Assembly: GCA_963729625.1 (NCBI GenBank)
Contig: CAVSOU010000010.1
Location: forward strand, 384,001-448,000
Direction: 5' to 3'
Length of the DNA stretch: 64,000 bases
From: an uncultured bacterium
GTDB taxonomy: Bacteria > Chloroflexota > UBA5177 > JANWHV01
Below are positions 10,105 through 21,000 of the stretch, in pieces. The position numbers were made by a program, and so were the translations under genes. Numbering within the stretch: the first letter of the stretch is position 1; the number at the start of each line of letters is the position of its first letter. The notes beneath the pieces were generated by a model. It saw nothing but the letters and a program-made list of their open reading frames with translations. It did not search any database and was not told the origin of the DNA.

Positions 10105-10977
10105 TCATGGCTGCAGATGACTGCCGGTCGTCACTCCACCTCCGGCTGTGAGACGCTGTACTACTCGCTGACCTTCGATCTGCGTTCCCTCCGCAATGGA
10201 GTGGCCAAAGGCGCGCTGGAAGTATGACTCGAGTCGCTGCATAGCGACTTCCTCACTTATGGGGGCGCCTTCCGCCTCCGCCTTCCGCCGTGTGAGGTGC
10301 ATCAGCCGCGCAAGCACATCCGGGCCAAGCGCCTCGTCCAGACTCGCTACCTTGGGCCTCAAACCGGACGCCGACCGGCGTGACAACATCCCGGAGACCG
10401 CGGGCTTACCGGCGAAATCGGCATGGGGATCACTCGCAATTCCCTGGGTCGCAAGCATCGGTCCACGACTCTCCGCGCACGCCACGGTGCGTTCCTCAGG
10501 CGCGAGCGAGGGCATGAGTGCCGGCGATGGCGTATCCGGTCCGCGATTGGTGGCATCGGCCTGAAGCGTCGCTGGCACCTCGGAGCGCATCTCGACGGTC
10601 GCGTCCGGCCGATCAGCGGTTTCGTCGCCGACATCAGAGCTGCCTTCGTGCGGAAGAGTTGCCATGCCGGCATCGCGCGGCGCACGCGCGCCGTCCGTCA
10701 GGCACAGCACCTCATCCAGAACCCGCGTCTTGGCTCGCGACTCGGCCAGTGTGAGCAGGGCATAGCGGTCGTCAACGGATACCGCATCGCGACTCGCCTC
10801 ACCCACGGCTCGAAACACCAAGCCGCCTGCGGTTCTGGCCGTAGCCACCAGCACCGCGTGTTGGACATTTGCATCGTTCGGAATCTGGACAATCGTGCTG
10901 TCCAGTTCCTGAAGGCCCGAGGAGAGCGCTCTTCGCAGCAGTTCTCCATAGTCCTGCCGAGATGATCCGTTTCCCAT
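10105..10977 (-). CDS. Hypothetical protein with an N-terminal Rad52/Sak-like domain, a disordered linker and a small C-terminal helical domain
   Basis: GGAGG SD at 10983-10987. N-terminus IVQIP..AN..HAVLVATA.....VFRAVGEAS....LLTLAESRAKTRVL resembles the AETRAKARAL-type motif of bacterial Rad52-like proteins (recalled, not searched). Confidence 0.6.
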   Translation of the reverse strand: MGNGSSRQDYGELLRRALSSGLQELDSTIVQIPNDANVQHAVLVATARTAGGLVFRAVGEASRDAVSVDDRYALLTLAESRAKTRVLDEVLCLTDGARAPRDAGMATLPHEGSSDVGDETADRPDATVEMRSEVPATLQADATNRGPDTPSPALMPSLAPEERTVACAESRGPMLATQGIASDPHADFAGKPAVSGMLSRRSASGLRPKVASLDEALGPDVLARLMHLTRRKAEAEGAPISEEVAMQRLESYFQRAFGHSIAEGTQIEGQRVVQRLTAGGGVTTGSHLQP

Positions 10978-10994
10978 ATGCACCTCCCACGCTT

Positions 10995-11023
10995 AGAATA
11001 CTAGAACTTATATTCTAATGCAA
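10995..11023 (-). promoter_or_regulatory. Sigma70-type promoter with an embedded LexA/SOS box
   Basis: Minus strand TTGCAT-N17-TATTCT. The spacer contains the near-palindrome TAGAATATAAGTTCTA (11002-11017), one mismatch from AGAAC-N4-GTTCT. Confidence 0.65.
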
Positions 11024-11239
11024 GGCAGTACAAGCCTAGAGTTTGCAACAGGTCCTCCCCACACCGCCGGCGAGGACGGCGGCTCGTCGTGATACCATTT
11101 GGTGGCAGCGAATACCCGTCGCGATGACCCAGCGGTTGACAGGTGATGCCGCATCCTGATCGCGCAGCACCGGCCGTCCGTGCGCGTATTGAGCAGGCAG
11201 GGCACGCCAGTCGTGCACCCGGGCGCGGTCGGACCCGCA

Positions 11240-12371
11240 ATGTCAAGAAGGAGCAAATCCAACGGCTTGCATCGCTCTGGATCTGCGAGTGACACAGGGA
11301 GGCTATCCGGGCATCGGAAGAGCCACCGAGGGGCTGGCGCGTCACATGCTGGGCATGGATATTCCGCATGCGCTCACCTGCATTGTTCGCGCCGGCCGGC
11401 CGGCGCCCCAATGGCTGGCGCAGCGTATCCGCAGGCCGCATCGCATACTGTACGTCGACGCCGGACTGAGGTCGCCGAGGGATCAGGTCGTGCTGCGGCT
11501 GAGGTTGCGACCGGCTCGCGTCGACCTGTACCACGCACCGTACTATGGCATGGCGATCTGCCCAGGTGTGCCGTACGTGGTGGCACTCCACGACACAATC
11601 CCGGCACGATTTCCAGAGTACTGGCCGGCATTTCAGGCGCGGGTAATTCGAAGCTGGCAGAAACGCGTGCTGACCCACGCCAGCTGCGTGATCACCGGCT
11701 CACACGCTGCTGTCGACGATATCGCCGAGGTCTACGGCGTCTCCGCGAGCAAGATCGTCGTGAGCCCGTGGGGCGCGGTGGAATGGATGGCGGAGGCGCG
11801 ACCGCATGACACGCAGCTCGGGCCGTACCTGCTGTGCGTGTGCACCAACAAGCCACACAAGAACCTGGTTCGACTTATACACGCGTACCGCACCGTATCG
11901 GCGGCTCAGGAACACTTTCCCGACCTCGTCATCGCAGGCGGATGGAGCGATAGGTATCCCGAGACCGCGGCGGCTTTGGCCACTGCGAACGCAGCTGGAT
12001 CAGGTGGTACGGTGCACTCGGTTCGTAGCCCCGATGACGGCCATCTTCGCTATCTCTACGAGCACGCGCTGGCCTTCGTGTTCCCCAGCCTGTATGAGGG
12101 CTTCGGTCTGCCCGTGCTCGAGGCAATGCAAGCCGGGCTGCCAGTGGCCGCGTCGACCGCGGCAGCGGTGGCCGAGGTCTGCGGCGGGTCGGCCCTCATG
12201 TTTGATCCGCTGGACACCGCGTCGATGGCCGGCGCGATACATCGGATCGCGACGGACTCGGATCTGCGTGACAACCTTCGCGCCGCTGGCGCCGAGCGCT
12301 TGAAGGCGTTCACCTGGCAAAAGACGGTCGCGCAGACCCTCCGCGCCTACGAGGTGGCGCTTGGCACGTAG
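11240..12371 (+). CDS. Glycosyltransferase family 4; 5' end disrupted by an apparent small frameshift
   Basis: KPHKNL and FVFPSLYEGFGLPVLEAMQAG. The expected IALDLR N-terminal strand lies upstream of GTG 11289 in frame but has no in-frame start; ATG 11240 joins if 1 nt is removed. Confidence 0.88.
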
Positions 12372-12397
12372 CTCTACCCCGCATCGGGATCCGGGAT

Positions 12398-13517
12398 ATG
12401 AAAGGGGGGCCCAGCAACGGCAAATACTCGCATAAGAATCGTGCACGTTTATAAGGACATTTTTCCGGTACTGGGCGGCATGGAGAATCACATTCGCCTC
12501 CTTTGCCGTGAATTGGCCAGGAACCGCGACCTCGACGTCAGGATTCTCGTCACAAACACGGGTAGACGCTCGGAAGCCGGAAGCCTGGATGGCGTTCCGG
12601 TGGTGCGCGCCGGCCGCATCGCCACAATCGCGTCGACCCCGATTAGTGTTCGACTGCCAATCGAGCTGCGTCGGATCCGCCCAGACATTGTCCACCTGCA
12701 TTCGCCGTATCCGGTCGGAGAGGTCGCGGCATTGGCTGCAACGCCGCATGTTCCCACGGTGATCACGTATCAAAGCGACGTGGTGAGGCAGCGAGCCCTG
12801 CTCAAGCTCTACGGGCCGATCCTCAAGCACGTGCTGCGAAGGGCATCGCGCATACTTGTGACAAGCGTTCCCTATCTCGAGAGCTCACCCTGGCTGCAGC
12901 CGGTGCGTGATCACTGCCAGATTGTGCCCCTCGGAATCGACCTCGATCCGTTCACGCGGGTGCTTCCGCGCGGCGACGGCCGGACTCTGCTGTTCGTGGG
13001 CAGATTCCGGTACTACAAGGGCCTGCAATACTTGATCGAGGCAATGCCGTCGATAGTCGATGCACGTCTGCTGCTCGTGGGAACCGGGCCAATGGAGCCA
13101 CAGCTCCGTGCGCAGGTCCAAAAGCTCGGGCTCGAGCGCCGTGTCGAGTTCATACCGGGCGTGCCGGACGAAGCGCTGCCGGAATATTACGCGAAAGCTG
13201 ACATATTTGTACTTCCCGCATGCGAACGAAGCGAGGCATTTGGCCTGGTCCTTGTCGAGGCCTGCGCTTCTGGACTTCCCTGCGTAAGCACTGAGCTGGG
13301 GACGGGCACGAGTTATGTGAACCTGAGCGGCCAGACGGGATTGGTCGTGCCGCCTGCCCAGGCCTCACCGCTGGCCGAAGCGTGCAACAGATTGCTTGCC
13401 GACGAGCGTTTGCGCCGCGAGTATGGCCTGCAGGCGCGCCGTCGGGCCATCGCCGAGTTTGACATCAAGCGCGTTGCCGCGGAGGTCACAAAGGTCTATC
13501 GCGAGATAGTATCGTAG
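12398..13517 (+). CDS. Glycosyltransferase family 4; apparent +1 frameshift in a G6 tract near the start
   Basis: HVYKDIFPVLGGMENH, LFVGRFRYYKGL and SEAFGLVLVEA. ATG 12398 gives MKGGPATANTRIRIVHVYKD if GGGGGG (12404-12409) is G5. Confidence 0.9.
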
Positions 13518-13700
13518 TGGTTGCAAGCCATTTGGCCTGAGGATGGCCCCTCGGCCACGGAGGACGGGTGGGACCACCAACCGCATGGGGTACGCAGCCC
13601 ATCAACCTCGACCGGCCAATCGGCGCACCATTGTCTCGCAAGGCCATGGCTCGCGGACCACGACAACGCGATGCATTGCCGGGCAGATTCGTTTGGCTGC

Positions 13701-14855
13701 CTACCGTTGCAGCAGCGTACCCGCGACCGTCGCTTCGACCAGACCACGCACGACATCGTCAGGCACGTCGTCACGGATGGACACGTGCCCGGGCTCATGT
13801 TCGGGGAGAATCCAACGAACGCGCCCCGCCTTGACCTTCTTGTCGACTGTGAGCCGGCGGTAGGTGTCGGCGGCCGACAATCGCGGAAGCGGTCGCAGCA
13901 GTCCAAGATCCGACAGCACGCGGTCCTGGCGCCGTACGAACGTGGCGTCTGAAAGGCCGAGTACCGATGCCGCGCGCGCTTCCATCGCCATGCCCCAGGC
14001 AACCGCCTCGCCATGACGCAGGCCGCGATATCCGGCCTCGGCCTCCAGCGCGTGACCGAGCGTATGCCCGTAGTTCAGGTGCATGCGGACGCCACCCTCC
14101 CGTTCATCCTCCTCGACGATACGCGCCTTGACCTGAATGGCCTGAGCAAGAATGGGCCCAACATCGACGGATCGCGTCCTCCATTCGACGGGATTGGCTT
14201 CGAGCCACTCGAACAGAGCCCGATTCGCGATGATTCCATGCTTCACGACCTCCGCAGTGCCTGACACCCACTCGCTGTCTGGTAAGGTCGCGAGCAGTGT
14301 GTAGTCGATTATCACGCGTTCCGGATGTTTGAACGCGCCAGCCAGGTTCTTCCCTTCAGGCAGATCAACGCCTACTTTGCCGCCGATACTGCTGTCGACC
14401 TGAGAGACTACTGTCGTCGGAACCTGGACTAGCCGGATTCCGCGCATGTAGCTGGCAGCAACATAGCCGAACAGGTCGCCGGGAACCCCTCCGCCCAGCG
14501 CAACCATGACGTCGTGGCGATCGATACCGTGCAGCGCCAAACGGCCCAGGGCGTACCCGACATTGGCAAGCGTCTTCTGGTCCTCTCCGGCAGGGATGCG
14601 GACGGCGAGACAGTCGAAGCCTTCGTCTCGAAGAACCTGCAGCAGCCCCAATCCGGCAATCTCGAAAACGTTGTCGTCAGTGCCGACGACCACGCGCTTG
14701 GGCGGGCCGCCGGGCAGCGTGCGCAATAGCGTGCCCACGGCATTGAACAGCGGGAGACCCTCGAACACCTCGGAACTCACGCTCAACTGGTAATTCAGCC
14801 GGAAACTTGGCAGGATGTTGCCTGTCACCCCAGTGCCGGAACGGTCACGACTCAT
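13701..14855 (-). CDS. aroB: 3-dehydroquinate synthase
   Basis: ALGGGVPGDL, VPTT..QVDSSIGGKVG, GKNLAGAF, LNYGHTLGHALE and HGEAV. Confidence 0.95.
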   Translation of the reverse strand: MSRDRSGTGVTGNILPSFRLNYQLSVSSEVFEGLPLFNAVGTLLRTLPGGPPKRVVVGTDDNVFEIAGLGLLQVLRDEGFDCLAVRIPAGEDQKTLANVGYALGRLALHGIDRHDVMVALGGGVPGDLFGYVAASYMRGIRLVQVPTTVVSQVDSSIGGKVGVDLPEGKNLAGAFKHPERVIIDYTLLATLPDSEWVSGTAEVVKHGIIANRALFEWLEANPVEWRTRSVDVGPILAQAIQVKARIVEEDEREGGVRMHLNYGHTLGHALEAEAGYRGLRHGEAVAWGMAMEARAASVLGLSDATFVRRQDRVLSDLGLLRPLPRLSAADTYRRLTVDKKVKAGRVRWILPEHEPGHVSIRDDVPDDVVRGLVEATVAGTLLQR

Positions 14856-15402
14856 CAACATTCCTTTCTGATGCGAACCACGCGCGATAGATGCGGGCGA
14901 GGTCCGCTGCAATGCTTCGCGAGCCAGGAGGCGCTTCCTCGGGCACCGCGCAGCGCACGTGCGACGTCGCGCGATACAGCGCTCGTCGCTCCACGTTGAG
15001 GCGTTCAAGCCGCATGAACAGGTTGTCGGCGCGCAACAACGGTCGCTCCTCGCCCTGCGTGTGACCGCTCAGGCGTTTCACAAGTATGTGCGTTGAGACG
15101 TCGAGCCACACGACAAGATTTCCGGAGCGCATAGCAACGCGGTTTTCCGCGCGAAGCACGGCGCCCCCACCGGTCGCCACTATCACATTCCGCGCGCAGG
15201 CCTCCCGTACGACCGCGGTTTCTTGCCGCCTGAACTCGTCTTCGCCCAGTTGGCTGAATATTGCCGCGATCGGCATACCCGCAAGTGCTTCAACCTGCCT
15301 ATCCGTGTCCACGAACGGCAGCCTCAATCGCGAGGCGACCAGCCGCCCAACCGTGCTCTTCCCGCTGCCGCTCAAGCCAATCAGCACGAGCGCGCGACTC
15401 AC
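14845..15402 (-). CDS. aroK: Shikimate kinase
   Basis: GLSGSGKSTVG P-loop, FVDTD, GEDEFR, ATGGG and RPLL. Confidence 0.95.
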   Translation of the reverse strand: MSRALVLIGLSGSGKSTVGRLVASRLRLPFVDTDRQVEALAGMPIAAIFSQLGEDEFRRQETAVVREACARNVIVATGGGAVLRAENRVAMRSGNLVVWLDVSTHILVKRLSGHTQGEERPLLRADNLFMRLERLNVERRALYRATSHVRCAVPEEAPPGSRSIAADLARIYRAWFASERNVDES

Positions 15403-16334
15403 TCGATGGGCCTATGACTGAAGCGGTCGGCCGGCGACGTCGCAGCGCGATCACGAAGCGCGCGCAGCGCCGCGTCATACATCACGGCTGCCGGCGGATT
15501 TGTGCCCGTCCAAAGGGCGAACGCCGAGGCGGCCTGGAAGACAAGCATCCACAAGCCGTCCTCCGCCAGCATGCCGAGAGAACGCGCCTGGCGCACGAGC
15601 GGCGTGGCATCGGGTCCGTAGACCAGGTCGAAAACCCGGGCGGTTGGGGCGAGCGCGGCCGCGGAAACAGGCGCGCTGACCGTATCTAGGCCGATACTTG
15701 TCGCGTTGACGAGCAGAGTGCACTGGGCAAGCGCGGCATCGAGGTCGGTGACTGCAGTAAGCGTCGCGCCAGCGCCGGGCGACAGCGCGGCAAGTTCATC
15801 GAGCAGTCTGCGCCCGCGCCGTTCAGTTCGGTTCCAGACAGCAAGCGAACGAACTCCGGCGTCAACGAGACCGACCGCTACAGCGCGCGAAGCGCCGCCG
15901 GCGCCTAACAGCACTACCCGGTCAGCCTCTGGACGGAACCCGAGGCTTTCCCGCAGGCAGCGCACAACTGCCGGCGCGTCGGTGTTGTCTCCGACGAGCC
16001 GGCTCCCCACCTTGTACACGGTGTTCACGGCGCCGATGCGCTTGGCCAGGGGCGAGACCGAGTCGACGAGTCCTACCATCGCCGTCTTGTGGGGAAGCGT
16101 TATGTTGGCGCCGAGAAACTCGGCGCCGCGGAGTTCGCAAACCGCGTCAGGAAGCTGGCCGGCGCTTACTTGCTGGGTCGCATATTCCAAATGAATGCCC
16201 AGTGCATCGGCTGCGGCATGATGCATGTCCGGGGACACACTGTGCCCCACGGGACAACCAAATAGCCTCACTTTGAACGGCTGCGTCATGTCGTCACGAT
16301 ATGCCGCGTCCTTCTGTCGCCTGCCGCGTGACAT
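15399..16334 (-). CDS. aroE: Shikimate dehydrogenase (alternative start ATG 16289)
   Basis: G.PV.HSVSP, ANITLPHK, IGAVNT, GDNTD, GAGGASR and NRT motifs. Confidence 0.95.
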   Translation of the reverse strand: MSRGRRQKDAAYRDDMTQPFKVRLFGCPVGHSVSPDMHHAAADALGIHLEYATQQVSAGQLPDAVCELRGAEFLGANITLPHKTAMVGLVDSVSPLAKRIGAVNTVYKVGSRLVGDNTDAPAVVRCLRESLGFRPEADRVVLLGAGGASRAVAVGLVDAGVRSLAVWNRTERRGRRLLDELAALSPGAGATLTAVTDLDAALAQCTLLVNATSIGLDTVSAPVSAAALAPTARVFDLVYGPDATPLVRQARSLGMLAEDGLWMLVFQAASAFALWTGTNPPAAVMYDAALRALRDRAATSPADRFSHRPIE

Positions 16335-16387
16335 GTGGGCCGCAACGCCGATCGGATCCGGAGCGGCTTCATCCGGTCATCTCGGCG

Positions 16388-16510
16388 ATGATCTCTGAGA
16401 TCATACCGCACGATTGAGCAGGCAAGGAGTCTCAGCCTTGTTCAGGGACTGCGCCCTGAACAAGGCTAGACTCCTGACGGAGCAACAAAGATCGACATCA
16501 CTATGTCGAT
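16388..16510. promoter_or_regulatory. Cluster of three inverted repeats upstream of aroE
   Basis: ATGATCTC-T-GAGATCAT (16388-16404); 22-bp stem AGGAGTCT(C)AGCCTTGTTCAGGG-ACTGCG-CCCTGAACAAGGCT-AGACTCCT (16425-16475); ATCGACAT-CACT-ATGTCGAT (16491-16510). Function unknown. Confidence 0.6.
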
Positions 16511-16771
16511 GTGGGCGCCGCAAGCGCGTTGGAACCGCGACGCAGGCAACCTCGAGTACCCCAGCGCTACCGCAACCAACCGCTCTCTCGATGTGCATTC
16601 AGGAAGCGTATCGAGCGACCGCACGATCGCTGAACGCACTATCCAGACGGCGATTCCCCTGAAGGAGGTATCGAGTCAGTTACACGGTCGAGTGATGTGC
16701 GGGCACTGCGGCCGTGATAGAACTGTGGTAAGCGCAGGGATGTGCGACGACGAATTCCGAAAGTCAGATAG

Positions 16772-17029
16772 ATGGTAAGCATGGCTGCCAACAACAACGA
16801 CGTGGCGCAACTGGTCGAGGGACCTGGAATTGCGGACATCTTTCGCAGGCTGAGCGAAGGCATCGATGATATGAGCTGGCGACAACACGCCGTCACTCTG
16901 CGCGCCCTCGGCTTCGGCGTATTTGACCTGCGCATCGCGGGCGAAGGCGATGTCGAAGTCATCAGCCCTGACTGCCTGAACTGGTGGCAGTTGCGCGTCG
17001 ACAACGACGGCTTCTGGCGTCTTCACTAA
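16772..17029 (+). CDS. Small hypothetical protein
   Basis: 85 aa with globular composition and GC-rich third positions, in otherwise intergenic space. Confidence 0.55.
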   Translation: MVSMAANNNDVAQLVEGPGIADIFRRLSEGIDDMSWRQHAVTLRALGFGVFDLRIAGEGDVEVISPDCLNWWQLRVDNDGFWRLH

Positions 17030-17084
17030 CCGGGACTGCTCGCACGCCTCCTTCTACGGTCTGGCCCGCAGGGACACTCGCGGA

Positions 17085-17843
17085 TCAGACGTTGCGCGAC
17101 AGAAAATCGAGGATGACCGGCCCAACCAGATCTCGATGCGTGAACTGGACGGTTCGACCGGCGTTATTTACGACCAGCATCTCCGCACGGGGAATAGCTC
17201 GTCGCATCTCCACGACCTGTTCGATCGTCGCCATAGGGTCGTTCTCGCCGGCAATCAGCAGCGTCGGCACGGCGACCCGTTCAAGTTCGCCAAGGCCAAG
17301 GCCGGAGCCGCGCAGCGCGCTCTCGTTCACCTGTTTCTCAAGCAGCCGCCAGTAACCGGGCCATTTGTTCGTGTCGTGCAATTGCACCATCTCGGTCACC
17401 CACGCCGGTTGCGATCGCTCGATCGCGTCCGGCGTCTCGCGTTCGAGCATTTCCCGCCCTTTGTCGTCAACGGTGTAGTTCGTACCGGAGCAGATGAGAG
17501 AACGCACCAGGTCAGGAGAAAACAGCGCAAGGTGGAGGGCGACGATGCCACCATCGCCGATTCCCGCGCAGTGTACTGGGCCGCAGTCCAGCCGGCCGAC
17601 GAACGTCCGCACGTCGTCCGCGAGTAGGGGATAGGACAAGTCCCTGCGGGGATTATTCGTTCTCCCGTGGCCGCGAAGCTCGACGAAAATCGCGCGAAAT
17701 GGCTTCGCCAGCTGCGGTCGGAGTCGTCCCCAGCCACGCTGGCCATCAATCGCTCCCGTCCCTCCGTGAAGCAGCAGAAGCGGCGCGCCTGAACCCGCTT
17801 CCTCGAAGTACATTTGAATGTCGTTCACGTTTTGATATGGCAC
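17085..17843 (-). CDS. Alpha/beta hydrolase fold protein lacking canonical catalytic Ser and His
   Basis: LLLLHGG, ELRGHGRT and PTLLIAGENDP. Nucleophile elbow reads GIGDG and the His site reads AGRT. Confidence 0.88.
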   Translation of the reverse strand: MPYQNVNDIQMYFEEAGSGAPLLLLHGGTGAIDGQRGWGRLRPQLAKPFRAIFVELRGHGRTNNPRRDLSYPLLADDVRTFVGRLDCGPVHCAGIGDGGIVALHLALFSPDLVRSLICSGTNYTVDDKGREMLERETPDAIERSQPAWVTEMVQLHDTNKWPGYWRLLEKQVNESALRGSGLGLGELERVAVPTLLIAGENDPMATIEQVVEMRRAIPRAEMLVVNNAGRTVQFTHRDLVGPVILDFLSRNV

Positions 17844-18064
17844 CGTACGCCTCCACGCGCCGAATCGCCAAGAAGGATATCTGAAGTAGTACGCCGATTC
17901 GTATGATACGCGTTGATGTCAGGTGGTGGGGTTCAGTCCGCTTCGCCATCAGCATGAGATCGCGCCCGGCTTGACCGATCGCGTGACACGTTGGAGCGGC
18001 TCAAGTACGTCCTGGCAGTCTCGCGGCCCCGGAATGGGGGACGGTTCCATGTACACACAGGTGT

Positions 18065-21000
18065 CTAGCCAGGAACTCCGGAGCCGGTGACCTGGCTCTC
18101 GTTCACGAGCAGGAGCGGGTCGAAAGCAACATTGTTGATTCTCATCTCGAAATGGACGTGCGGTCCGGTGGCCCAACCCGTGGCGCCCTCGTATCCGAGG
18201 ATTTGCCCCTGACTTACGACTTCGCCGACGCGCACTTGCAGGTCGTGCGCGCCAAGCTGCATGTGACCGTAGATCGTCACCGTATGGGAGTTGTGCATGA
18301 TAACCACGCAGTTCCCATAACTTTGCGTTGGCTGCCCCGGCACGGCCAGACCGGCATGAACGACAATCCCGCCAGCCGCGGCATGCACCGGCGTGCCGTC
18401 GGGCGCGGCAATGTCCAGGCCGGTGTGGTAGGACTGGAAGGGAGTTACGCCGCCAAACAGCGTCGTGATCACGCCGGTGACCGGAGGTAGGTACCCGGTC
18501 ACGTTTTCCATCACCCCGGCATCGATCAACTGCTGCTGCGTGAACTTGCCGTATCCGTTCGCTGCCAGGTCGTTGTCGAGCATGAACGATGCAGGCGCGG
18601 TCGAGAACGATATCGGCAGCGTAACCCATCCCGGTAGCGGGGGAAGTGGAAGAGGCAAGGGTTCCGTCGCGGGCTCCGGGCCCGGCGCCGGCACGGCCAG
18701 CGGCCGCTTTCCCGGGGTTGGAACTGGCGGAGTCGACGTGGGCGCCGCACGCGTGGAGGTTGGACGAGGCAGCGTTGGCGTAACTGTTGCGCTCGCCGTA
18801 CTCGTCGCGGACGCTGTGGCCGGCGCCGTCGGGCTGTCTGTGGCACTCTGAGTTGCCGTATCGCTGGCTAGGGCAATCGGCGTTGGCGTATTGCTCGCCG
18901 TGGCACTGGGCAGTGGCGTGCTGGTGGCCGTGGCACTGGGCAGTGGCGTGCTGGCGGCCGTGGCACTGGGCAATGGCGTGCTGGTGGCCGTGGCACTGGG
19001 CAATGGCGTGCTGGTGGCCGTGGCACTGGGCAATGGCGTGCTGGTGGCCGTGGCAACAACCAGTGCCGTGCCGCTGGCAGTTGCAGCGAGCGTGGCCGTA
19101 TAGATGGTCGTGGCAGTTTGCGTGGCGGTACTGCTGGCGGTGTCCGTAGCAGTGGGTGTGAAAGTCGAATCCGGCGTGTCGGTAGCAGACGGCGCCGGCT
19201 CGCCAACAGCAGTCGCGGTGTCGCTCGAACTGCCGTCGACGGGAAGAACCGCTGTAACCGAAGGGGAGTCGGTCGGATAGGGATCCGGGTCCGGCATCGA
19301 CGTCGCATCCGGCGGAGTTTGAACCGTCGTCGGCGAGTCCTGCGGCACGTCGCCTGTCGTTGGATCTTGCGCCGGTTCGGAGGTAGTGGTCGGCACCGGA
19401 GTGATCGCGGGCGTCGCTGTCACCGGTGTCATCGAGACGGTCGGACTGTTCGACTCCTCGGTGACAGGCGGAACGTCGTTCGTTGACCATGGAGTGGGCT
19501 GCGTCGGCGACAGGGCGGGTGCATATGGAGAGGTGGGAGTGCTCGTGACGGTGCCCTGAACGGGTGTGGCGTCACCATTGACTTGTCCGGGCTGGTCAAG
19601 CGTCACGAGGACGGAAGGGTCAGGATCGAGCCTGCCACCTGCACCTTCCATTGACACGTATTCGGCGCGATAAGGGCCATGGCCGGAGACCGGTGGCGAG
19701 ATAGGGTCATATGCGAGAGGAATCATCGTCGCGCTGCGCGACGGCTCCGCGCTGCTCGCAGGCGCAGGAGTGAGCCTTACCCTGTGAACAATATCGGCGG
19801 TCGGCACTGGGTGGAACGACTCGGGCGTGGCGCGCATCGTTGCCGTCGACGTGGGCCGTTGTACGCCGGTCCGTGTCTGACCGGATACCGCGGTACCTGT
19901 TGCCGTGACTGTCGGGGGCGCAACACCATGCTTGACAAAGTAATCCCAGGCGGATTTACGTGCCTTCCAGGCCGTCAGCTTTCCCTGGTAGGTGGTCCAT
20001 GCAGCCGTCCTGTCCCACCAGGCTTGTTCAATAATAGAATTGCGGCTGACTGCCGCGGACAATGCCGTATTGTAGACTGCAAGCCGTGAATCGTACAACG
20101 GCTTGATAGCGCTGTACACGGCATTGCCGCGCTGAAGAATGTCGCCGAGCCGCGTGAGCAGCCCGTGCTCGCGTTGTAGGCCGTCCCGAATCGTCGAGTC
20201 GCCAAGCAGTCCGCGAACCGTTGCCTGTGCTGTGAGTGTCGTGGTCGTCGAAATAGGAACGACGAGTTCGAAGGTGCCGTCGCCGTTGGCCGCAAGTGCA
20301 AGCGTCGCAGACGCTGTGATCGGCGCCACCGGCGGTGATGCCAAAACCTGATAGGCGCTTAACTTCCCGCCTTGCTGCGATCCGCCGTAACTGGAAGCAG
20401 TACCGACAGTCAGAAGCGTTGTGCCGCCGGACATCGGCGCGGTCTGCGTGTAGGTCCAGGTAACGGAGAGCAGACCCGCCAGGCTTGATGACGCTGCCGT
20501 GGGCGTGCCCACGGCGCCGGTGCCGGAAGCAGGCAGGGCGTAGCTGCCAAGAGTTGCCAGCATGCTGCTCATTCCGGTAATCGGCTGGGATGCCAGCACA
20601 TTCACGGAGGACAGCCGCGGAGGCACTGCGATCTTGTTGACGAGAGCGGGCAGCGCCAGAGACACGTGCACGATCGCGTCAATTACGACCGGGCCATGCG
20701 CAGGATGTTGCGCCGGCGGGACGGTAGTCGTGATTGCCTCGTCACCGTCAGGAGCAGGCACGACTTGAGGCGCAACTGCACTGATCGGCACCGTCAATCC
20801 CTCGAGCTCGATCTGACGGGGCGGACCGAAATCCGCAGCCGCGCCGAGCTTGGCGAATGCCGGTGGCGGCGCGGCGCCGCCAGGCAAGATCGACAGTGCG
20901 CCGACCGTTCCCACAGCTGTAGCCGAGTGGGCCGCGGCAGCCTCGGCACGGGAGGGTGGAGCGATTCGCAGCGAGGATGCCTCCAGCAGGGATTCTCGCC

